A DNA stretch of 64,000 nucleotides from Acidimicrobiia bacterium (GTDB taxonomy: Bacteria > Actinomycetota > Acidimicrobiia > Spongiisociales > JAENVV01), in the NCBI GenBank assembly GCA_041628225.1, contig JBFKPQ010000001.1:85597-149596 (forward strand), written 5' to 3'. The notes under the pieces were generated by a model. That model did not search any database, had not been told where the DNA came from, and saw only the letters and a list, made by a program, of their open reading frames with translations. A program made the translations under genes and the position numbers. Below, in pieces: positions 1 to 10,548 of the stretch. Position 1 is the first letter of the stretch; each line of letters begins with the position of its first letter.

Positions 1-223
1 CGGTGCCCATGTGGCGCTTGACCGAACGGACGGTGTGGTCGGGGTTCGTGATGGCTTGGCGCTTGGCGATTTCGCCGACGAGCACCTCGCCGTCCTTGAA
101 CGCGACCACCGACGGGGTGGTGCGTCCGCCTTCTGCGTTGGGAACGATGGTCGGCTCGCCGCCATCCAACGTGGCGATCACGCTGTTGGTGGTGCCGAGG
201 TCGATGCCTACTGCACGGGCCAT
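1..223 (-). CDS. dnaK: Molecular chaperone DnaK (Hsp70), N-terminal part; gene continues beyond window start
   Basis: Reverse-complement of 1-223 translates [74 protein letters not shown], the canonical DnaK N-terminus (GIDLGTTNS ATPase motif). Start codon is complement of cat at 221-223. Confidence 0.9.
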   Translation of the reverse strand, partial: MARAVGIDLGTTNSVIATLDGGEPTIVPNAEGGRTTPSVVAFKDGEVLVGEIAKRQAITNPDHTVRSVKRHMGT

Positions 224-289
224 GGTGGTGTACTCCTTGGTTGACCGCGGGCATGGCCCGCTTGTTCTGAGTCTTTGTGAAGTTTATAA

Positions 290-367
290 CTTGAGTGGTG
301 TACTGTCATATTCCCACGAATATGAGAAAGTTGAGCCAACTCGACTCAAGTTTGAGGGAATATTCCC
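290..367. promoter_or_regulatory. HAIR-like (HspR-type) operator with nested palindromes in the dnaK/lon divergent intergenic region
   Basis: gTTGAGC-caactcg-ACTCAAG at about 330-350 matches the HAIR consensus CTTGAGT-N7-ACTCAAG (right half perfect). A further CTTGAGT half-site lies at about 290-296. It is flanked by ATATTCCC (about 308-315) and GGGAATAT (about 356-363), part of the 12-bp palindrome GGGAATATTCCC. It sits between divergent dnaK and lon, both classical HspR targets in actinobacteria. Confidence 0.45.
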
Positions 368-409
368 GGGCTGTCAAGCCTTGAAACCGTTCCACACCCT
401 TGGAGCCGC

Positions 410-2716
<2,307 letters not shown>

Positions 2717-2720
2717 GCGG

Positions 2721-3521
2721 TCATGGGGCCAGGGCGCCGAGTCCGGTGACGAGCACGAGGCTGAGGCCGAGCACCACCTGTTGGGCACCGATGATGGCGG
2801 TACGGGGCACCGGCCTCCGCAAGAAGATCAGGTGAGCGGCGGCCAGACCGGCGACGGCCGTCATGCCCCACACGGAGACCAGGCTCGTCACCCAGGCGGC
2901 ACCTGCGAGCAGGACCGCGACGGCCTGCGCTCCGAGCCCCAATGCGATGGCTGCCGTCCCGCGTTTGGCGCGTTCGAGCTGTAGCCGCACGAAGGGGATC
3001 GTGGCGAGTGCTCGGGCCGCCGCAACGACCCACAGGCCGTAGGCGATCGACGCCGGTCGTCCACCGGCCAAGGCGATGGACGCGGCCACCGCCGCGATGC
3101 CGATGGTGCCCGCCAGTTCCGGGAGAAGCCGCCGGCTCCGGCTGCGTACGTCATACGAGAACGCCACCGCCACGAGCGGCGCGGCGAAGGCCAGCGGCAT
3201 CCAGAACGGGTGAGCGGACGCCATCGTTGCCACGCCGAGGGCGAAGGTCAGCGCGATGAGTTCCCCGGCCGCCACCCGCTCGGCGAGCGTCGTCCGGGGT
3301 AGCCGCCGACCTCGTCGACGATCGACGGCGGCCAGCTTGAGCGGCGTCCGGGCGACGAACGACAGGAGCGCGGCGATGCCGAGTGCCATGCCGGCGAGGC
3401 TCGGCGCCACGAGCAGGCCGAGCAAGACTGGTTCCAGCGTGAGACTCCAACCTCCATGCTCGGCAGGAATGGCCACGCGAGACCAGCGCAGATGATCCGC
3501 CGAGATCTCGAAATCGGTCAT
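2721..3521 (-). CDS. Integral membrane protein, about 8 predicted TM helices, unknown function
   Basis: C-terminal 266 aa of the long ORF 2721..4478 is strongly hydrophobic (MTDFEISADHLRW...GLGALAP). The N-terminal 319 aa of that ORF is Arg/Pro-rich wrong-frame text antisense to ogt, so the start was moved to the internal ATG (residue 320, ends 3521). Confidence 0.55.
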   Translation of the reverse strand: MTDFEISADHLRWSRVAIPAEHGGWSLTLEPVLLGLLVAPSLAGMALGIAALLSFVARTPLKLAAVDRRRGRRLPRTTLAERVAAGELIALTFALGVATMASAHPFWMPLAFAAPLVAVAFSYDVRSRSRRLLPELAGTIGIAAVAASIALAGGRPASIAYGLWVVAAARALATIPFVRLQLERAKRGTAAIALGLGAQAVAVLLAGAAWVTSLVSVWGMTAVAGLAAAHLIFLRRPVPRTAIIGAQQVVLGLSLVLVTGLGALAP

Positions 3522-3584
3522 GGGCCCGGTCAGGCTAGGACCGCCAGGTGAAGTTCTGGCTTCGGCGGCCGGTACGATTTCGGG

Positions 3585-4037
3585 GTGTTGGCCTACGACA
3601 GTCCGATCGGGACGCTCTACCTCACCGGGTCGGACGCCGGGTTGTCCGGCGTGTGGTTCGATCCGCCGGACGTGCCGGCACTCGAGGAGCGCAACGCCGT
3701 CAACGAGGCAGCCCGGCAGCTCGACGGGTACTTCGCCGGAACCAGGCATACGTTCGATCTGCCGCTCGCGCCGGCCGGAACCGAGTTCCAGCGGCGGGTG
3801 TGGACCGAACTCGAAGCGATACCGTACGGACACACGACGACATACGGTGACCTCGCCGCCCGGCTCGGTGACGTGAAGGCGACCCGGGCGGTGGGCCTTG
3901 CCAACGGCCGCAATCCGATCTCGATCATCGTGCCGTGCCACCGGGTGATCGGCGCCGACGGGTCCCTCACCGGGTACGGCGGCGGCCTCGACCACAAGCG
4001 CTGGCTCCTCGTGCACGAGGGAGCTCTCCTCGCCTGA
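3585..4037 (+). CDS. ogt: Methylated-DNA--protein-cysteine methyltransferase (O6-alkylguanine-DNA alkyltransferase)
   Basis: 150 aa with the active-site motif IVPCHRVIGADGSLTGYGGGL and helix-turn-helix region YGDLAARLG. GTG start at 3585. Confidence 0.9.
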   Translation: MLAYDSPIGTLYLTGSDAGLSGVWFDPPDVPALEERNAVNEAARQLDGYFAGTRHTFDLPLAPAGTEFQRRVWTELEAIPYGHTTTYGDLAARLGDVKATRAVGLANGRNPISIIVPCHRVIGADGSLTGYGGGLDHKRWLLVHEGALLA

Positions 4038-4070
4038 CACGCCGGTCCATCGAGCCGGTACGATCGTCCG

Positions 4071-4604
4071 GTGCGAACGCCCCGTAGCTCGATCCGGCTC
4101 CTCACCTATGTCGGGGTGGCAGGCCTGTCGTTCCAGGTGGCCCACTTCGGTGAGCACCTCGCCCAGTTCGCCTACTGGGTGGTCCATCCGACCTCGACGC
4201 CCTGGCTGTCGCCCTGGGCGGCCGCCTCGCGCGACGCGCTGTCGGCCGACCCGGCCATCGGGGTCGAGCTGCTTCACCTCCTGGGGAATGGGATCTTCCT
4301 GGGCGGGCTGCTGGCCCTGATGGCGGCGACGCGGCCAAGGGGCAATCCGATGCTGCGCATCGCCACCGTGCTGCAGGTCGTCCACGTCGCGGAGCACATC
4401 GCCCTGACGGTCACCCGAATGTTCTCGGGGTCGGCCATCGGGATCTCGACCGCGTTCGGCCTCCTGGAGGGCGGTCAACTCTCGTCATACCGCGTGTTGT
4501 GGCATTTCGTCGTCAACCTCATCGTGACCATCTATGCCGTCCGCGGACTCACTGGCGCGGTGCGCCGTGGGTTGGTCGGCGACCTCGTCACCGCCTCGAG
4601 GTGA
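4071..4604 (+). CDS. Hypothetical membrane protein
   Basis: 177-aa ORF with several hydrophobic segments (LLTYVGVAGLSF, GIFLGGLLALMAA, FVVNLIVTIYAV). Codon usage is consistent with neighbours. No recognisable motif. Confidence 0.5.
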   Translation: MRTPRSSIRLLTYVGVAGLSFQVAHFGEHLAQFAYWVVHPTSTPWLSPWAAASRDALSADPAIGVELLHLLGNGIFLGGLLALMAATRPRGNPMLRIATVLQVVHVAEHIALTVTRMFSGSAIGISTAFGLLEGGQLSSYRVLWHFVVNLIVTIYAVRGLTGAVRRGLVGDLVTASR

Positions 4605-4714
4605 TGCCCACAACCGCACAGGCGCGGTGGCAGGAAGCTTTCGTCTATCGTTCATGCCGCGGTCGTCGCACGACGCCGCTCCCGTGGGCGTCTTCGCCCC
4701 CCCAAAGGAGAGAT

Positions 4715-5866
4715 ATGAAGCACTTCAAATTCATCCGGATCCTCGCATCGCTCACAGCGATGATGATGATCCTGGCCGCTTGCGGCGGTGATACGTCCGA
4801 AGGGACGACGGCCACGACGGCCGCGGAAACGCCGTCGGACGACCGCGGCAGCATCTGGGTGCTGCTACCGGACTCGGCGTCGTCAGCTCGCTGGGAGACC
4901 GATGACCGTCGGTTCTTCAAGGCCGCTTTCGAAGCAGCGGGACTCACCGAGGGCGCATCCGACGGTTTCACGATCGTCAACGCCGAAGGTGACACCAACA
5001 CCCAGCAGGCTCAGGCCGAGCAGGCCATCAACGAGGGTGCCAGCGTCATTCTCATCGTGAACCTCGATTCCGCGTCGGCGGCCACGATCATCGACCAGGC
5101 CCGCGCGGCCGACGTCAAGGTGGTCGACTACGACCGTCTCACGATCGAGGGTCCCGGTGCCGACGTCTACGTGTCGTTCGACAATGTGCGAGTGGGCGCG
5201 ACGATGGCCGAGGTGCTCGAGCCGGCCATCGACGGTCTCGGCATCGACAACCCGCAAGTCGTCCTGCTCAACGGTGGACCGACCGACAACAACGCCACGC
5301 TGTTCCGCGAGGGATACGGCTCGGTGGCCGATGCCCGCGCCGCAGCCGGCGACTGGACCATTGCCGCCGAGCAGGCCGTCCCGGACTGGGACAACCAGCA
5401 GGCTCTGACGATCTTCGAGTCGATCCTGGCCGATCTGGACCAGAACGTCGACGCCGTCTTCGCGGCGAATGACGGCCTGGCGGGTGCTGTGGCTGCTGCC
5501 CTCCAGACGGCTGGTCTGGATCCTGTGCCGCTCTCCGGTCAGGACGCTACGGCAGCCGGCATTCAGAACATCTTGCTCGGTTGGCAGACGATGACCGTCT
5601 ACAAGCCGATCAAGGCCGAGGCCGAGGCTGCGGCGGCTGCCGCTCTGGCCCTGCAAGCCGGAGAGGACGTCACGGCCCTGACGGGTGACTTCGAGGTCAC
5701 CACGATCAACAACGGGACGAACGACCTTCCGTTCATCGCACTGACCCCGATCGCCGTTACGGCCGACAACGTGGCCGAGACCGTGATCGCCGACGGGTTC
5801 CGGACCGTCGAGGAGATCTGCACGGGCGAGGTCGAGTCCACCGACTTCTGCACGTCGCAAGGCTGA
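4715..5866 (+). CDS. D-xylose-type sugar ABC transporter substrate-binding lipoprotein (XylF-like, periplasmic binding protein type 1)
   Basis: Lipobox ILAAC after the signal peptide and an AAAGGAG RBS 6 nt upstream. Clear collinear similarity to E. coli XylF blocks: YDRL..YVSFDNVRVG, NGGPTDNNATLFREGY, SGQDATAAGIQNILLGWQTMTVYKP, NNGTNDLPFIALTPIAV..DGF. Confidence 0.85.
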   Translation: MKHFKFIRILASLTAMMMILAACGGDTSEGTTATTAAETPSDDRGSIWVLLPDSASSARWETDDRRFFKAAFEAAGLTEGASDGFTIVNAEGDTNTQQAQAEQAINEGASVILIVNLDSASAATIIDQARAADVKVVDYDRLTIEGPGADVYVSFDNVRVGATMAEVLEPAIDGLGIDNPQVVLLNGGPTDNNATLFREGYGSVADARAAAGDWTIAAEQAVPDWDNQQALTIFESILADLDQNVDAVFAANDGLAGAVAAALQTAGLDPVPLSGQDATAAGIQNILLGWQTMTVYKPIKAEAEAAAAAALALQAGEDVTALTGDFEVTTINNGTNDLPFIALTPIAVTADNVAETVIADGFRTVEEICTGEVESTDFCTSQG

Positions 5867-5874
5867 TGACGCGG

Positions 5875-5904
5875 ATGGGGGACCTCCGATCGGAGGTCCC
5901 CCAT
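5875..5904 (+). terminator. Perfect 30-nt GC-rich palindrome (attenuator/terminator-like hairpin) between SBP and ATPase genes
   Basis: ATGGGGGACCTCCGATCGGAGGTCCCCCAT forms a 13-bp stem with a GATC centre. No U-tract, as is usual for high-GC actinobacterial terminators. Sits 9 nt after the SBP stop. Confidence 0.5.
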
Positions 5905-5989
5905 CCCGTGTCCGACGAGGAGGGCTGACATCACAAACCAAGAGAGGCCGCTGCTCGACGGGAGAGGACTCTCGAAGAGCTTCGGCGCG

Positions 5990-6700
5990 GTGAGAGCGCT
6001 CTACAAGGTCGATTTCGACGTGTTTCCTGGCGAGGTCAACGCCCTGGTGGGCGACAACGGAGCCGGGAAGTCCACCTTGATCAAGGGACTGGCCGGGATC
6101 TACCAATTCGATGACGGAGAGATCCACTTCGAAGGTAACACCGTGCAGATCCATGAACCCAAGGACGCATCCCGGCTCGGCATCGAGGTCGTGTACCAGG
6201 ACCTCGCCTTGGCTGACAACCTAGATGTCGTCGCCAACATGTACCTGGGACGCGAAGAGGTCAACGGTGTGATCCTCAACGAGGCGCTCATGGAGCGAAC
6301 GGCTCGCGAAACGCTCGACAGCCTCGCCGTCACCACGCTCCAATCCGTCCGGCTTCCCGTCGCAGGCCTGTCCGGCGGCCAGCGGCAATCCGTGGCCGTT
6401 GCCAAAGCAGTGATGTGGAACTCCAAGGTCGTCATCCTCGACGAGCCGACCGCCGCCCTCGGAGTTGCCCAAACCCGCCAGGTGCTCGACCTCGTGAAGC
6501 GACTTTCCGAGCGTGGACTCGGCGTTGTGCTCATCTCCCACAACCTGCACGACATCTTCGAGGTGGCCGATCGCATCACGGTGCTCCGCCTCGGACAACT
6601 CGTCACCGTCTTCAATCGCCGCGAGACCAACCAACAAGAAGTGGTCCACGCCATCACGGCCGGCAAGCTCGAAAACGTCCCGGGAATGGCAGACGGATGA
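5990..6700 (+). CDS. Sugar ABC transporter ATP-binding protein, single NBD (CUT2/XylG-like)
   Basis: Walker A GDNGAGKST, signature LSGGQRQ, Walker B VVILDEPTAALG, H-loop ISHNL. Only about 240-250 aa, one NBD. Conserved N-terminal text (ERPLLDGRGLSKSFGAV) continues in frame upstream of the GTG at 5990 back to about 5942 with no ATG/GTG/TTG, so the true start is unresolved. Confidence 0.8.
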   Translation: MRALYKVDFDVFPGEVNALVGDNGAGKSTLIKGLAGIYQFDDGEIHFEGNTVQIHEPKDASRLGIEVVYQDLALADNLDVVANMYLGREEVNGVILNEALMERTARETLDSLAVTTLQSVRLPVAGLSGGQRQSVAVAKAVMWNSKVVILDEPTAALGVAQTRQVLDLVKRLSERGLGVVLISHNLHDIFEVADRITVLRLGQLVTVFNRRETNQQEVVHAITAGKLENVPGMADG

Positions 6701-7938
6701 CCCAACCGGACGCCCCGAAAGGCAGCTTCGGGCTCGACGCCCAGAGCGCTTCGGTGGGCGATTATCTGCGCGCTCGTCTCGTGGCGATCCGATCGGGTGA
6801 TGTCGGCTCGGCTCCGATCATCTTCGGTCTCGTCGTGATCGTGGTGATCTTCCGGCTGCTCAGCGAGAACTACCTCACCGCCTTCAACGTCGTCAACATG
6901 ATGCTCCAAGCCGGCGGCATCGCCACGATCGCCATCGGTGTCGTGTTCATCCTGCTGATTGCAGAAATCGATCTGGCCATCGCGTACAACTCGGCCGTGG
7001 CGGGCGTCCTCATGACGCTGCTCCTCCGACCCGATGGGGCGGATTGGCCGTGGTTCTTGGCCATCCCCGTCGCCCTCGCCGCCTCGACGTTGATCAGCCT
7101 CGCCATGGGAGTGATCGTCACCCGCGCCGGTGTTCCCTCGTTCGTCGTCACCCTCGCCGGAAACCTGGCGCTCAGCGGTGTCGTGTTGATTCTCACCACC
7201 CAGTTCTCGACGGCCGGCACGATTCGTATCCAGGATCCGGTTGCGATCGGTGTCGCCGGTTACTTCCTGCCCTCGATCTGGTCTTGGATCTTGCTGGCAG
7301 TCACCGTGCTGGCGTTTGCGTTCATTCAGTTCCGAAACGTGCAAGTGAGGAGGAGCCGGGGCCTTTCCATCACGCCGATCCCCGTCCTGGTGACGCAACT
7401 CGTGCTCCTGTCGGTCGTGGGTGCCGTTTTGGTCTCCTACTCAAACACCGATCGAGGCGTCCCTCTGCTGGCGGTCATCGTCGCCGGCTTCCTCGTCGTG
7501 TGGTCGTTCGTGCTCAACCGCACTCGCTTCGGGCGTCACGTGTTGGCGGTGGGTGGGAATCCCGAGGCCGCCCGCCGAGCCGGTATCAGCGTTGAACGCG
7601 TCCGGCTCGCCGTGTTCATGGTGGCCGGCTTCATGGCCGGGTTCGGTGGCATCGTGTTGGCGTCGCGCCTTCGGTCGGTGTCCCCGAGTCAAGGCGGCGC
7701 CTCCCTACTGCTCGACGTCATCGCGGCGGCAGTGATCGGCGGGACCAGCCTGTTCGGTGGGCGGGGCAAGGTCAGTTCCGCCCTGCTCGGCGCGCTGGTC
7801 ATCGCGCTCATCAACAACGGAATGGATGGACTGGGCCTCAACTCGGGTATCAAGTTCGTGGTGACGGGCTTGGTTCTGCTGGGAGCCGTGCTCCTCGACG
7901 CGCTGTCCAGCCGAAGGGCCCGTCAGTCGGGCCGATGA
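6697..7938 (+). CDS. Sugar ABC transporter permease (XylH/RbsC-like, CUT2 family)
   Basis: 413 aa, multi-TM, with typical CUT2 permease layout. ATG overlaps the ATPase stop (ATGA). Confidence 0.85.
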   Translation: MTQPDAPKGSFGLDAQSASVGDYLRARLVAIRSGDVGSAPIIFGLVVIVVIFRLLSENYLTAFNVVNMMLQAGGIATIAIGVVFILLIAEIDLAIAYNSAVAGVLMTLLLRPDGADWPWFLAIPVALAASTLISLAMGVIVTRAGVPSFVVTLAGNLALSGVVLILTTQFSTAGTIRIQDPVAIGVAGYFLPSIWSWILLAVTVLAFAFIQFRNVQVRRSRGLSITPIPVLVTQLVLLSVVGAVLVSYSNTDRGVPLLAVIVAGFLVVWSFVLNRTRFGRHVLAVGGNPEAARRAGISVERVRLAVFMVAGFMAGFGGIVLASRLRSVSPSQGGASLLLDVIAAAVIGGTSLFGGRGKVSSALLGALVIALINNGMDGLGLNSGIKFVVTGLVLLGAVLLDALSSRRARQSGR

Positions 7939-9617
7939 CCAAGCGGTGGGCGGGTCCCACGGTTCGTGCGACGGCGATGGTGGTCGCGGCCACCATCATC
8001 GCGCTCATCGGAGCCCAGGTCGGTAGCCAGGGCGGTTGGGTTCCGTTGGACCGTTCCACCGACACAGATTCGGGTGTCATGTTTTCGGACGTCGCGGCCG
8101 AGGTCGGCTTGGACGTCACACACGGCGCCTTTCGGTGGGGACTCTCCGCAGATCCCGTCGCCATGATGGGGGGTGGGCTGTGCTGGCTCGACTACGACGG
8201 CGACGGGTGGCTCGACCTGTTCGTCGTCGACACCTACGCCGAGGCGGAGTGGTCGAACTGGCAGGACGTCGGAGGGGTCCCGACGAGCAAGCTGTTTCGC
8301 AACGACGGCGGCTCGTTCGAAGACGTGACAGCCCCGACCAACGCGGGACTCCCAGTGCGCGGCCTCGGATGTGTCGCGGGCGACGTCGACGGAGACGGCG
8401 ATTCGGATCTCTATGTCACCACCGCCACCGCCAATGCTCTTCTGCTCAACGATGGGAACGGCCGGTTCGAAGACGTGGCGGCGTTGGCAGGTGTCGACGC
8501 GTACGGCTGGCAATCCTCGGCGGCGCTCGGCGATCTCGACGGTGACGGCCTCGTCGACCTCTTCGTCGCCGGATATGTCAACCTCATACGACCCGTAGAG
8601 AGCTCGACAGAAGGGTTCCCGCGAACCTATGAGGCGCTTCCGGATCTCGTGTTTCGGAATCTGGGCGTGGGCGATGATCGGGTACCGCGGTTCGAGCGTG
8701 TGGAGGCCGGAGCGGAACCAACGGGGATGACCTATGGGCTCGGTTCGGTCATGACCGATATCGACTTCGATGGCGATCTCGACGTCTACGTGGCGAACGA
8801 CACCGACCCGAACCAGCTCTACGTCAACGTGAGCGTGCCCGGGGAAATCAGGCTTCGCGAGGTGGGGGTAGAGGCCGGCGTGGCCGACGAGCACAGCGGC
8901 ATGGGCGTGGCCGCTGCCGACCTGGATGGCTCGGGGACGATGGACTTGGCCGTGACGAATCTCGACTATCAGCTCCATGGCGTCTTCGTGAACGGCGGGG
9001 GATCGGAGTTCACGTCGGTGGGAGACGCATCGGGGTTCTCGGCGCTCGAAGGCGAGTACACGGGTTGGGGAGTGGCGGGCGCCGACTTCGACCTCGACAA
9101 CGATGTGGATGTGTTGGTCGTCAACGGGAATGTGCCCGTGATGTACCCCGAGGCGGACCGGCAGCCGCTCCAGCTCTTCGAGAATGCGATGGGTACGACC
9201 GGAGCGTTGTCCTTTCGCGGTGCACCCGTATCGGTCGGCCTGACCGCCATCGGACCGATCATCGGGCGCGGAGCAGCCGTGGCCGACTTCGACAACGATG
9301 GAGATCCCGACGTCGCCGTCACACAAGTCGGCGGCCCGCTGCTGCTCTTGCGCAACGACCGGTCGGGCGGCGCCACGCTCACGATCTCGTTCGATCGGTT
9401 CTCGCCGGGAGCACGCGCCGTCGTGACCCTCTCGGACGGGTCACGACTGGTCAGGGAGGTGCACGCCGGTTCGAGTTACCTCTCCACGGAGGACCCTCGG
9501 CTCTTGTTCGGGCTCGGCGACGCCCCGAGGGTGTCGCGTGTCGAAGTCACGATGCCAGGCGGCTCGGTGGTGACGCTCGATGACCTCCCGGTCAACGTCG
9601 TCGTCACGATTCCCTGA
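7935..9617 (+). CDS. CRTAC1-family protein: FG-GAP/VCBS repeat beta-propeller with C-terminal ASPIC/UnbV domain, secreted
   Basis: N-terminal signal/TM segment followed by repeated DxDGDGxxD Ca-binding loops (DYDGDGWLDLFV, DVDGDGDSDLYV, DLDGDGLVDLFV, DFDGDLDVYV, DLDGSGTMDLAV, DFDNDGDPDVAV). C-terminal SSYLSTEDPRLLFGLGDA...VEVTMPGG matches ASPIC/UnbV. ATG overlaps the permease stop (ATGA). Confidence 0.8.
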   Translation: MTKRWAGPTVRATAMVVAATIIALIGAQVGSQGGWVPLDRSTDTDSGVMFSDVAAEVGLDVTHGAFRWGLSADPVAMMGGGLCWLDYDGDGWLDLFVVDTYAEAEWSNWQDVGGVPTSKLFRNDGGSFEDVTAPTNAGLPVRGLGCVAGDVDGDGDSDLYVTTATANALLLNDGNGRFEDVAALAGVDAYGWQSSAALGDLDGDGLVDLFVAGYVNLIRPVESSTEGFPRTYEALPDLVFRNLGVGDDRVPRFERVEAGAEPTGMTYGLGSVMTDIDFDGDLDVYVANDTDPNQLYVNVSVPGEIRLREVGVEAGVADEHSGMGVAAADLDGSGTMDLAVTNLDYQLHGVFVNGGGSEFTSVGDASGFSALEGEYTGWGVAGADFDLDNDVDVLVVNGNVPVMYPEADRQPLQLFENAMGTTGALSFRGAPVSVGLTAIGPIIGRGAAVADFDNDGDPDVAVTQVGGPLLLLRNDRSGGATLTISFDRFSPGARAVVTLSDGSRLVREVHAGSSYLSTEDPRLLFGLGDAPRVSRVEVTMPGGSVVTLDDLPVNVVVTIP

Positions 9618-9654
9618 CCGTCCGGTCCCGTGTACGGGCCTAAGCTCAGCGGCG

Positions 9655-10548
9655 ATGGAGCCGGTCACGATCATCGACGTCTCACCCCGCGACGGGCTGC
9701 AGAACGAGTCGGCCGTCTTCTCGACCGATGACAAGCTGGCCCTCATCGACCGGGTCACGGCCGCCGGGATCACGGCCATCGAGGCGACCAGCTTCGTCCA
9801 TCCCAAGCTCGTCCCGGCCATGGCCGACGCCGACGACGTCATGGCGCGGCTCGAACGCCGTCCCGGCGTTCGATACATCGGTCTCGTGCTCAACGAACGC
9901 GGCATGGAACGCGCGGTGGCCGCCGGAGTCGACGAGGCCAACATCGTGGTGGCCGTCTCCGACGAGTTCTCCGTCAAGAACCAGGGTATGTCCGCTCGGG
10001 CGGGCGCCGCGATGGCCGTGAAGGTCGCCCAACTGGCGCGGCAAGCCGGCATCGAACCATCCGTCACGATCTCGACGGCCTTCGGCTGTCCGTTCGAAGG
10101 CGAGATCGCCGTGGGCCGACTCGTCGACATGGTGAAAGCCATCGGGGAAGCCGACCCGGTGCGCATCAACGTCGCCGACACCATCGGAGTGGCCGCCCCG
10201 ACGGACGTGATCGAACGCGTCCGAGCGGTGCGTCCGCACGTCGGTGTGTCCGTGCTCGGCGCCCACTTCCACAACACTCGCAACACCGGCTACGCCAACG
10301 CGGTGGCCGCCTTCCAGGCCGGCGTGCGCGTATTCGATGCCAGCCTGGGAGGGATCGGTGGTTGCCCGTTCGCGCCCAACGCCACCGGCAACATCGCCAC
10401 CGACGACTTGGCGTACCTGTTCGCCCGCATGGGCATCGACACCGGCCTCGACCTCGACCGGCTCATTGCGGGCTCCCACTGGCTCGAAGGACCGCTCGGC
10501 AAGCCGGTACCGGCGCTCGTGCCGAAGGCGGGGCCGTTCCCATCATGA
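9655..10548 (+). CDS. Hydroxymethylglutaryl-CoA lyase
   Basis: TIM-barrel DRE-TIM lyase motifs: VSPRDGLQNE, ATSFVHPKLVP, HFHNTRNTGYANAVAAFQAGVRVFDASLGGIGGCPFAPNATGN. Start re-picked at internal ATG (residue 26 of ORF 9580..10548). Confidence 0.85.
   Translation: MEPVTIIDVSPRDGLQNESAVFSTDDKLALIDRVTAAGITAIEATSFVHPKLVPAMADADDVMARLERRPGVRYIGLVLNERGMERAVAAGVDEANIVVAVSDEFSVKNQGMSARAGAAMAVKVAQLARQAGIEPSVTISTAFGCPFEGEIAVGRLVDMVKAIGEADPVRINVADTIGVAAPTDVIERVRAVRPHVGVSVLGAHFHNTRNTGYANAVAAFQAGVRVFDASLGGIGGCPFAPNATGNIATDDLAYLFARMGIDTGLDLDRLIAGSHWLEGPLGKPVPALVPKAGPFPS

Noticed and set aside
224-409. CIRCE (HrcA) element upstream of dnaK
   Set aside because: Looked for TTAGCACTC-N9-GAGTGCTAA; not present. 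The palindromes present fit HAIR/HspR better.
3522-4478. N-terminal 319 aa of the 585-aa ORF 2721..4478 (-)
   Set aside because: Arg/Pro/Gly-rich wrong-frame text that overlaps the clearly real ogt gene on the opposite strand. Only the hydrophobic C-terminal portion (2721-3521) looks like a protein.
6100-7398. 432-aa minus-strand ORF over the ABC ATPase/permease genes
   Set aside because: Antisense to two well-supported transporter genes. Translation is Arg/Asp/Gly-rich with no motifs.
7923-9326. 467-aa minus-strand ORF antisense to the FG-GAP/ASPIC gene
   Set aside because: No motifs, low complexity, and fully overlapped by a protein with clear repeat architecture on the plus strand.
9618-9654. 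Imperfect hairpin (ggtcccgt-gt-acgggcc) between the FG-GAP gene and HMG-CoA lyase
   Set aside because: Stem is short and imperfect; could be a weak terminator, but the evidence is insufficient to annotate.
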